NCBI GenBank assembly: GCA_963708075.1
Contig: OY970194.1
Location: forward strand, 6,656,001-6,720,000
Length of the DNA: 64,000 nucleotides
Source: Sedimentisphaerales bacterium
GTDB lineage: Bacteria > Planctomycetota > Phycisphaerae > Sedimentisphaerales > Anaerobacaceae
Direction of reading: 5' to 3'
Every line of letters starts with the position of its first letter. Position 1 is the first letter of the stretch. The position numbers were made by a program, and so were the translations under genes. Below the pieces are notes generated by a model. That model saw nothing but the letters and a program-made list of their open reading frames with translations, ran no database searches and was not told where the DNA came from. Below are positions 1 to 7,462 of the stretch, piece by piece.

Positions 1-211
1 ACGTCACCACTTCAATGTCCCGGTGCGGATGCAAAGGCCAGATCGCTCCGGGCGAGAGCGTATCATCGTTGAACACGCGCAGCGTGCCGAAGTGCATATA
101 GCGGCGGTCGTAGTATTCTCCGAACGAGAAGTGCCACCGGCCGTGAAACGTCCCGTTCTCAATCTCCCCATCGGCCTGATAAATGTCTTCCGCCTTGCGT
201 ACTGTAATCAT
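1..211 (-). CDS. Pirin family protein (YhhW-like), 5' part; runs off the window edge
   Basis: Manual translation of the minus strand from ATG at 211: MITVRKAEDIYQ...WHFSFGEYYDRRYMHFGTLRVFNDDTLSPGAIWPLHPHRDIEVVT. This matches the pirin N-terminal FSF..YYD, LRV.NDD and HPH.D.E motifs. Confidence 0.9.
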   Translation of the reverse strand, partial: MITVRKAEDIYQADGEIENGTFHGRWHFSFGEYYDRRYMHFGTLRVFNDDTLSPGAIWPLHPHRDIEVVT

Positions 212-313
212 AGCCGGCACTCACTCATGCATCGGGTTCGGTCCTTACTCCCTGCATTTCACTGGAGGAGCCGAATCCGGGCAATAGGTGATTTCCTGAA
301 AGGACCGCCGGGA

Positions 314-1039
314 TCAGCTTCGCTTTTTCGCTCTCGCCTCCTGCAGCTCGCGCCAGAAGGGCTTTCCGAGAAAGCTGGTCTCATCGAGTGTGCAGAATTG
401 CTCGTACATGGGTCGGGTCACGGTGAACGCGAGGATGTCGGGCGGCAGGTATTTGCGCATGGCGATATCCGTGGCGCCGAGCATGGCCTGGGGTTGATCG
501 AGGTCCTCGAACAGGGGACAGAGCTGTCCGCAGCCGGAGGCGAAGGGTGCCGTCACGCGGGGCGGCGTGGGTCGTCCCTGGTGATAGTAGGCGGCGGTGA
601 TGAACAGGCTCAACTGGTCGGGATTGACAAGGAAAGTCACCGTCTTGAGATACTCGTACTGGTCGTCCTTGAGCGGGCCGATCAGGACGTTCGGATGGCT
701 CGGCTTATAGTGCGGGCTGCGGTCGATCCACTCGGCCATCACCTCGGCGGAGGCCTTGAGCCCTTCCGTGCCGTAGAGAAAGTCGATCATCTCCTGCCGG
801 GAGCGGGTCGAGACATCGAACAGGTACGTGCCCGCACCGCCGCAGCCGAAGTTCCCGCCGGTTAAGTGTATGGTCTGGCCCTTGAGCCAGCTCTTGTAGA
901 ACATATACACGCAGGCCCATTTCCCCTCGGCCGGGCGAACCAGCGGCTCAAACGCGGACGCATCGGGTGCATCGTACAGGCCGATCACCGGCAGGGTCAG
1001 GCCGGCTTTCTCGATCAACAGTGCGGGATAACGAGGCAT
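314..1039 (-). CDS. DUF169 family protein
   Basis: 241-aa ORF with ACVY, GCGGA, VTFLVNPDQLS, APFASGCG and LGATDIAMR, typical of DUF169. Confidence 0.75.
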   Translation of the reverse strand: MPRYPALLIEKAGLTLPVIGLYDAPDASAFEPLVRPAEGKWACVYMFYKSWLKGQTIHLTGGNFGCGGAGTYLFDVSTRSRQEMIDFLYGTEGLKASAEVMAEWIDRSPHYKPSHPNVLIGPLKDDQYEYLKTVTFLVNPDQLSLFITAAYYHQGRPTPPRVTAPFASGCGQLCPLFEDLDQPQAMLGATDIAMRKYLPPDILAFTVTRPMYEQFCTLDETSFLGKPFWRELQEARAKKRS

Positions 1040-1066
1040 GATTTCATCCTTGATTATGACAACAAA

Positions 1067-2497
1067 TTATGGATTACGAGAACTGTCGTCCGCCCGTTCA
1101 GGAGGGAAAACAGTCCAGGGCTTCGGCGGCATGTCCGGCAGGTGGCCTTGCAGCCAGTCATACTGCGGGTGCTTCTGGAGGAAGTCGGCCGCATTGAAAC
1201 CGGTGTCGCATGACCCGCCCCACTTGGCCCAGAATCGCCAGGCCTTGGCCATGTCCGAGTCCACGACCTTGCCGTCGAAGGCCCCCGATGGTCGGAAGGC
1301 TCGCCCCGTCCCTGGCACGCTGCCGTCGTCAAGCTCGAAGTGCCCGCAGATGGTCCGGCCGCCCGGCTGCTCTTTCTGCAGGTACGTGTCGTAATGATCG
1401 GCCAGCATTTGCCGGGCAAGCGGCACGTCGATTCGCCCGAAGTGCTCTTTCATCAACTGGTTCCAGCGCACCCGCCGGCTCACGGAAACGTCTCGGATGT
1501 CGTCCCAGGTCGCCGTCGTCTCGAGTCTCAGAATCTGGGTATTCTCCGCGACGTTCGAGCCGGTGAAATATCCGTGCTTCTTCTTTTCGAGGCTATGGTA
1601 TTTCAGGCCGAGTTCCAGGCAGGCGATCTCCCCGGTCCGGATGTCCCCGAGCAGCCACGAGTTTGCGTAGGCCCCGTTGTTGTCTTTGATGAGGATGTCC
1701 GCCCACTCATTGATGCTGTCGGCGTACTGCATCGCCTTGCGGGCGCGGACGAACACGGGGACCCTCCTGGCGTTGAAACCGTCGAAGTCACCGATGGTTG
1801 TCTCCGTGCCGATGAGCCCCGCATCGGTGATAAAGAAATCCGTGGCGCTGTAGATGCAGGGGCCCCAGGTCTGCATGAGGATGCGATGGCCGCTCTGCGG
1901 GACGATGTCCAGGATGATGTTGGCGGACTTGCCCAGCCAGTAGGAGCACCAGGAATTATGGGCCATGACGATCTTGCCGCCGGCGGTGGCGTCGCCGGTG
2001 GCGATGAAGGCGCTGCAGCCGGGGTGATCATCCCGGATCCTGTGTTTCTCCTTGGGCCACCAGTACCATAAGATGTCGATGAACCCGTTCATATACAGGA
2101 CCTGCTCGTATGTCGCCTTCTTGCCCGCGTGCTGCATTCCGGCGGCGATCCCCCTCATCTCCTCGACGTACTCCGCGGGGACCTTGCCTTTGAACAGCCG
2201 GGAGGCCGCCCGGACGAAGTACTCAGGCTTCAGGCCCGTCTCAAATTCCTGCGTGTAGGAGAGCGTGCGCAGGAACTCATCAATCTCGTTGGCCGTCAGG
2301 TATCCTCGCTGGAAGCCTCTCTCAAAGGGCCCGCCTTCGGTGTGCAGGAAGATCCAGCCATTGGCATCCTGCCGACAGCCCTTGGCCAGCCATTGCTCCT
2401 GTTGCTGCGGGCTCGTCGAGACTTCCGTGGTTCGGCACGATACGAGACAGCCAGCCGAAAGGATGACGACGCAACCTGTGACGAGTTTCCTGTGCAT
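1067..2497 (-). CDS. Ntn-hydrolase, phospholipase B-like / peptidase C45 family, probable lipoprotein
   Basis: Autoprocessing motif GCSAFIATG..T..GKIVMAHNSW, plus GTETT and NNGAYANSW. The N-terminus has a lipobox-like LVSC. Confidence 0.8.
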   Translation of the reverse strand: MHRKLVTGCVVILSAGCLVSCRTTEVSTSPQQQEQWLAKGCRQDANGWIFLHTEGGPFERGFQRGYLTANEIDEFLRTLSYTQEFETGLKPEYFVRAASRLFKGKVPAEYVEEMRGIAAGMQHAGKKATYEQVLYMNGFIDILWYWWPKEKHRIRDDHPGCSAFIATGDATAGGKIVMAHNSWCSYWLGKSANIILDIVPQSGHRILMQTWGPCIYSATDFFITDAGLIGTETTIGDFDGFNARRVPVFVRARKAMQYADSINEWADILIKDNNGAYANSWLLGDIRTGEIACLELGLKYHSLEKKKHGYFTGSNVAENTQILRLETTATWDDIRDVSVSRRVRWNQLMKEHFGRIDVPLARQMLADHYDTYLQKEQPGGRTICGHFELDDGSVPGTGRAFRPSGAFDGKVVDSDMAKAWRFWAKWGGSCDTGFNAADFLQKHPQYDWLQGHLPDMPPKPWTVFPPERADDSSRNP

Positions 2498-2532
2498 TGC
2501 AGCTCCTGTTCTCCACATCTCAGCAGAAAGCA

Positions 2533-2557
2533 GGGCGGGTTTGAAACCCGCCCCTAC
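2533..2557 (-). repeat. GTAG-type REP palindrome (family A1), overlapping the stop codon of the S9 peptidase
   Basis: GTAG-GGGCGGGTTT-C-AAACCCGCCC; near-identical copies at 5471-5495 and 49771-49795. Confidence 0.85.
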
Positions 2558-4875
2558 GGATTCACTTGATCCGGTTCAGCGGCATTGCGGTTCGGCGGTT
2601 CTTTGCCGAGCAGGTGGCGGACGAAGAAATCCTCCATCCGGCGCTGGCCGTAAGAGCCGCCCATGCCGTGCCCGCCGCCGGGGATCACTAAGAGGTCGAA
2701 ATCCTTGCCCGCCTTGATCAGGGCATCGACGAAACGCATCGTCGATTCCGGCGGGACGTTGTTGTCCATCTCGCCGACGATCAGGAACAGCTTGCCTCGC
2801 AGCCGGTGGGCGTTGTCGATGTTCGAGCATTCCGCATAGCACGGCCCGACCGGATAGCCCATCCACTGCTCGTTCCACGAGGCCTTGTCCATTCGATTGT
2901 CGTGGCAGCCGCACGAGGCGACGGCGGCGTTGTAGAATTCCGGATAAAACAGCACGGCCCCCGCGGCGTTCTGGCCCCCGGCGGAATTCCCATAAACGCC
3001 GACCCGGCTGATGTCATAGCACGGGTACTCCCCGGCCACCGCCTGGTGCCACAGGATTCGATCCGGGAACCCGGCGTCCTTCAGGTTCTTCCAGCAGACG
3101 TCGTGGAACGCCTTGGACCGATTCGCCGTACCCATGCCGTCTATCTGGACGACGATGAAGCCCAGGTCCGTCAGCGATGCGAATTGTGACGTGGGGCTGA
3201 ACCGCTTGGGCACATAGGAGCCTTGCGGCCCCGCGTAAACGTACTCGATGACCGGGTATTTCTTGGTTGGGTCAAAATCCCTGGGTCGGCAGATGATGCC
3301 CCAGATGTCGGTCTTGCCGTCGCGGCCCTTGGCCACGAACACCTCCGGCGGGGACCATCCTTTGGCAGCCAGCCCGCTGATGTCCGCCTTTTCCAGGGGA
3401 CAGACCAGCCTGCCGTCCAAGACGCGGCGCAGCTCATGCACCGGAGGCGCATCCACGCGGCTGTAGGTGTCGATCAGGTAACGTCGGTCCGGCGAATACT
3501 GGATCGTGTGGTTGCCGTTGCCTTCCGTCAACGCCACCAGGTTGGAGCCATCGAAGTTGATCCGATAGTAGTGGATGAAGTACGGGTCCTGATCCACGTT
3601 CTTGCCGCCGGCGTGGAACCAGATCTGACGTGTATCCTCGTCGATGAGATCGATGCCGCGCACGACCCACTCGCCCTTGGTGATCTGGTCGCAGGCGCCG
3701 TCCTTCGCGGCGTCGATGAGGTAGAGATGCCGCCAGCCATCGCGCTCGGAGACGTAGATGATCTCATCGGTCTTATCGAGCCAGTTGACCCGCTCCAGTC
3801 TCAGGTTCTCCGTGTGCGCGGTCCAGATGAATGTCTCGGTCTCTTCTTCAAGGATGGTGCGCACGGCGCCCGTGCGCACGTCCACCGCGATCAATCGCAA
3901 TCGCTGATGTCCGCGGTCCTCCTGTTCGTAGGCGATGCGCCGGCCGTCACGCCTCCAGTGCAGACTGGGCCTCTCCCACTCATGCTCGAACCGATCCACC
4001 GCCGGCTTGGTCTGCTTGCGGCTGGCCACGTCGAAGACATTCAGCTCATAGCGAGGGAATTTGTCGCCGGGCAGCGCGTATGGTCTCGTCTCAAGCACAG
4101 CTCGGCCGCCACCCTGGGGCGACGAGCGAACCAGGTAAACTTCTTTGCGGTCGCCGGGCTCGACTCGCCAGGCGATCATCGCCGTGGAGTCGGGTGACCA
4201 GGAGAGCAGGCTGTAGGCGTTGCCCTCAGTGCCGTCGGTGCTGAGTTGGGTCGTCTCGTTGGAGTCTTTGGCACGGACAAACACGTTGTTGTCCTTGATC
4301 AGAGCCGTCCACTTGCCGTCGGGGGAATCCGGGGACGCATTGCGGCCTCGCCCTCGCCGGCCGGACCGTGGATTCTCGGAGTCCTGGCTGGAGGATTGAG
4401 GGGGGGCGGCGTCCGTCTTGGCAAATGCATAAGACGCCAGATCGCACGTCCAGACTGCCTGATCCACAGTGAGCCGGATTGTCCTGCCCTCGTCTACAAA
4501 CTCGATGCTGTCGAAGGGCAGTTGATCGGCGCGATACTCCGTCCCGGCGGCTTTCGACAGGGCGGCGGCCAGTTTCTGGTGGTCAAACGCCGCTTGTCGC
4601 GTTCCTTGCTCCGAATTGATCAGGATGAATTCCCTGGTGTTGCCGGTCAGGTCATTGCGATACCAGAAGCCCTTATTGTCCGCGAGCCAGTGCGGCGTGA
4701 TTTGGCCCTTGTAATAGCCTTCCACCCTGCGTGGCGGCCCGTACCTGGACTGTGGAGACGCTTTGGATTGCGGATTTGCTGCTCGATCTGCTGTCGTGAC
4801 GGTGGCGCCGATGATACACATGGCGAGGATTGTGAATCGCGCAGTTCGTCCCGTCCGGCTGATGTCGGTCGTCAT
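2554..4875 (-). CDS. S9B dipeptidyl-peptidase IV family protein (DPP IV N-terminal propeller + S9 catalytic domain)
   Basis: GVYGNSAGG nucleophile elbow, GEMDNNV (Asp), GGGHG (His), KKYPVIEYVYAGP and SERDGWRHLY; signal peptide. Confidence 0.92.
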   Translation of the reverse strand: MTTDISRTGRTARFTILAMCIIGATVTTADRAANPQSKASPQSRYGPPRRVEGYYKGQITPHWLADNKGFWYRNDLTGNTREFILINSEQGTRQAAFDHQKLAAALSKAAGTEYRADQLPFDSIEFVDEGRTIRLTVDQAVWTCDLASYAFAKTDAAPPQSSSQDSENPRSGRRGRGRNASPDSPDGKWTALIKDNNVFVRAKDSNETTQLSTDGTEGNAYSLLSWSPDSTAMIAWRVEPGDRKEVYLVRSSPQGGGRAVLETRPYALPGDKFPRYELNVFDVASRKQTKPAVDRFEHEWERPSLHWRRDGRRIAYEQEDRGHQRLRLIAVDVRTGAVRTILEEETETFIWTAHTENLRLERVNWLDKTDEIIYVSERDGWRHLYLIDAAKDGACDQITKGEWVVRGIDLIDEDTRQIWFHAGGKNVDQDPYFIHYYRINFDGSNLVALTEGNGNHTIQYSPDRRYLIDTYSRVDAPPVHELRRVLDGRLVCPLEKADISGLAAKGWSPPEVFVAKGRDGKTDIWGIICRPRDFDPTKKYPVIEYVYAGPQGSYVPKRFSPTSQFASLTDLGFIVVQIDGMGTANRSKAFHDVCWKNLKDAGFPDRILWHQAVAGEYPCYDISRVGVYGNSAGGQNAAGAVLFYPEFYNAAVASCGCHDNRMDKASWNEQWMGYPVGPCYAECSNIDNAHRLRGKLFLIVGEMDNNVPPESTMRFVDALIKAGKDFDLLVIPGGGHGMGGSYGQRRMEDFFVRHLLGKEPPNRNAAEPDQVNP

Positions 4876-4925
4876 AGATGCTCTCTGCCTCAATCTTCAG
4901 TCTGATTCGTGGTTCAACGCGTCGT

Positions 4926-6563
4926 TCACCGGTAGTATCGCCAGTCGATTTTTCCCCTGTAGGCCATCGTCTCATCCACCAGGGCGAACAGGTCCGGGTC
5001 ATACGCACGCAGGGCCTCCCGCGTGGCGATCGGATGGCCGGCGTCGGTGGGCGTCATGCCCCTGCCGACCGCGTCGAAGTAGGCCAGCACGCCTTGGGCC
5101 CAGTATTCCACGCGGTCCTGGACGGCGGGCGTGCCTTTCCATTGGCCCTTGCCCATAGCGGCATCATAGATTGTCTTGAGTCGCTCGTCAAAGCGGATGT
5201 CCATACGCTGGACCCGCAGCTCGTACTGCTGCACGTCGCGGCGTCGGCTGTCCCAGTTTGGGTCCACGGGCCGCGTGCCGGTGACGTGGTAGGCCGCCTT
5301 GGCGAGAACGCGGATCACCTGACACTCGGTCGCGTACGGATTCCCCGAGCTGGCCAGCACGTTCTCCTGATCCACCACGAGCAGCTTCGTTTGCGGCGAG
5401 TATTCCAGGAACCGGGCGGAAAGGTCCAGGTTTGTGGTGACACCGTAAGATGTCTCCTCTGGTGCCGAACGGGCGGGTTTGAGACCCGCCCCTACAGGAC
5501 CACCAATCCTGTACTCGGGCAGGTCGGCAATGCTCTCGTCGGATCCGAGCACGACCAGCTTCACGCCGTCGGCGATGAGAGCCTTGAGGATGTCGTGACG
5601 ATAGGCGAACATCCTGCGGACCGTGTAGTTGGCCTGGAGCATGGCCTCGTTGAGGGCCCCGCGCCCCAGCACGGTGAACTCGCGGGCCCAGGTGGACTTC
5701 GTGTAATATGGGTCGATGTGGAACCTGGCCGGCGGCGCCTCGACTCGGGGCAGTGGCTGCAGCCACGTGTACCGCCAGTCCTGGTCGGGACTCAGGTTGA
5801 AGGTGGTCCGGACCAGCTCGTAGCCGTGCGGATCGTAGATCTTGAGCTGCTCGCGCCTGCCGATGGGGCCGTGGTTCCAGTTGTTGATCCGGTTGCAGTC
5901 GAAGTATGCCTGGGCGATCTCGGCCCAGTATTCGCCCGGATTCGAGCCGGCGTAAGTGTTCTTGAAGAGCCCCTTATCGGTCGCGTTGCGATAGGCGGCG
6001 TTCTTGCGGTCTCGCCACGTCGGATCGATCCTTCCCAAGGCGCTGTCGATCGTGTGACAGAACTCGTGCACGGCGATGCTTTCATCGTCGTAACGGTCAA
6101 TGGGCAGGCTCAGCAGGTTCTCCTCGCCGAAGCTTGTGGGCAGGCCGCCGGTGCCGCGCACCCGCTCGTTGAGATAGGCAGGGTTCGGGGCGTCTCTGTA
6201 TTCCGGCATGTCGGTGTACACTTGGTCCCTGCCGATGACGATCAGGTACATGCCTCGATCGACCATGGCCTTGAGGATGTCGGGCCTGCCCGCCAGCATA
6301 TGGATGACAATGTCATAGGTACGCTGCAGCGCCAGGTCCGCCACCTCCGCGGAGGCCGCCGCCGGCATGCCGTCCACATCGATGTACTTGCTGTAGAATG
6401 TCCGAGCGGCGTCGCGATGTTCCGGGCGGACTCGCTCGAAGAACGGGTCCGGCGGCGAAGTCACCGGCGGGATGTCCCTGTTTGCGGCCGCTTGGGTATG
6501 GGGCCATCCTGCAAAGATCAAAGCGATTGTCAGAGTTGTCCACTTCCCTCTTGCCGATCTCAT
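4926..6563 (-). CDS. Secreted zinc metallopeptidase-like protein with an internally duplicated domain
   Basis: HEFCH plus downstream EYWAE in the first half. The second half repeats the landmarks (MFAYRHDILKAL, EYWAQG, YDPDLF) but lacks HEXXH. Signal peptide. Confidence 0.7.
   Translation of the reverse strand: MRSARGKWTTLTIALIFAGWPHTQAAANRDIPPVTSPPDPFFERVRPEHRDAARTFYSKYIDVDGMPAAASAEVADLALQRTYDIVIHMLAGRPDILKAMVDRGMYLIVIGRDQVYTDMPEYRDAPNPAYLNERVRGTGGLPTSFGEENLLSLPIDRYDDESIAVHEFCHTIDSALGRIDPTWRDRKNAAYRNATDKGLFKNTYAGSNPGEYWAEIAQAYFDCNRINNWNHGPIGRREQLKIYDPHGYELVRTTFNLSPDQDWRYTWLQPLPRVEAPPARFHIDPYYTKSTWAREFTVLGRGALNEAMLQANYTVRRMFAYRHDILKALIADGVKLVVLGSDESIADLPEYRIGGPVGAGLKPARSAPEETSYGVTTNLDLSARFLEYSPQTKLLVVDQENVLASSGNPYATECQVIRVLAKAAYHVTGTRPVDPNWDSRRRDVQQYELRVQRMDIRFDERLKTIYDAAMGKGQWKGTPAVQDRVEYWAQGVLAYFDAVGRGMTPTDAGHPIATREALRAYDPDLFALVDETMAYRGKIDWRYYR
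5471..5495 (-). repeat. GTAG-type REP (family A1) in frame inside the metallopeptidase CDS
   Basis: GTAGGGGCGGGTCTCAAACCCGCCC, translated as VGAGLKPAR. Confidence 0.8.
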
Positions 6564-6772
6564 CTCTATCCCTTTCCCTGGGCGATGCAGAGTCATGTGT
6601 CTCTATGCCATCATGGATTATAGTGGCATTCGTGCAATAAAACAGTACCATTGAGCGTCGAATACGCAGTACAGACGCGAGATTGTGGGTCTGTATTGCA
6701 GAGCCGGATACCCCTTCCCAGGGTGGGAATCGGTCGAACGGTGGTCCGTAACCTTTTCAGGAGGAACACGCC

Positions 6773-7318
6773 ATGAAGAAAAATGTAGGAATCCTCATCA
6801 TTGCCGTAGTGCTGACCTTGGCCGTCGCATGGGCCGCCTTTGGGCAGGCTGGTGGGCAGGGTGGTGGACAGCGGGGCTTTGGCCAGATGCGCGAAGCCCA
6901 GACGAAGGCCCTCGCGGCTCTCCAGGAGAGCGTGGCCAAGCTCAAGTCGATGATTGACGCCCAGGCCAAGGCGATGGAGGGCAGGTCCTTCCAGGACATG
7001 TCCGAGGAAGAAAGGACCAAGATGAGGGAGGAGTCCACCAAGAGGCGCGACGAGCAGCAGAAGATCATGGCGGCCATGCAGCAGCAGATGGACACGCTGA
7101 AAGGCGGCCGGCAACTGGCGACGGAGCATCAGCAGGCCATTGCCCCATTGAAGGAAGCCCTGGCCTCTGCGCAAAAAGAGAACGCCAAACAGACGGCTAC
7201 CATGCTCGAAAAACTGATTGCCGAGCGTCAGAAGCAGTTTGAAGAGAAGATGGCGGCAATGGGCATTCCGGCGGACCAACTGGAGCGAATGATGCAGCCG
7301 AGGCAGCGGCAGCAATAG
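6773..7318 (+). CDS. Exported alpha-helical hypothetical protein (Gln/Met-rich, Spy/CpxP-like composition)
   Basis: RBS GGAGG, signal peptide ending AFG, Gly-rich linker and a charged helical body. Confidence 0.75.
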   Translation: MKKNVGILIIAVVLTLAVAWAAFGQAGGQGGGQRGFGQMREAQTKALAALQESVAKLKSMIDAQAKAMEGRSFQDMSEEERTKMREESTKRRDEQQKIMAAMQQQMDTLKGGRQLATEHQQAIAPLKEALASAQKENAKQTATMLEKLIAERQKQFEEKMAAMGIPADQLERMMQPRQRQQ

Positions 7319-7380
7319 CCAGCAGTAGTCGCTGAGTACCGCGTCACAGGCCCGGGCGCCGGTGACTATCCTGAAAGTCA

Positions 7381-7440
7381 AAAGGCCCTTTCTTGCGAAA
7401 ATGTGCCATCGAGGTACAATCATCGCAGGGAAGGGCCTTT
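7381..7440 (+). promoter_or_regulatory. 18-bp inverted repeat enclosing a sigma70-like promoter upstream of GH2
   Basis: Arms at 7381-7398 and 7423-7440; TTGCGA (7393-7398)-N16-TACAAT (7415-7420). Confidence 0.5.
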
Positions 7441-7462
7441 CTGATTTATTGAGGAGTATGGT

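Noticed and set aside
23..865. Long antisense/overlapping ORFs (also 4878-6623, 15596-17230, 29797-31545, 35118-37022)
   Set aside because: These are shadow ORFs of well-supported genes in high-GC DNA, with no motifs.
6615..6775. Further copies of the ECF motif (GCCACT near 6622-6627; CAGGGTG at 6719-6725; GTAACC at 6748)
   Set aside because: The half-sites lack a partner at the 15-nt spacing.
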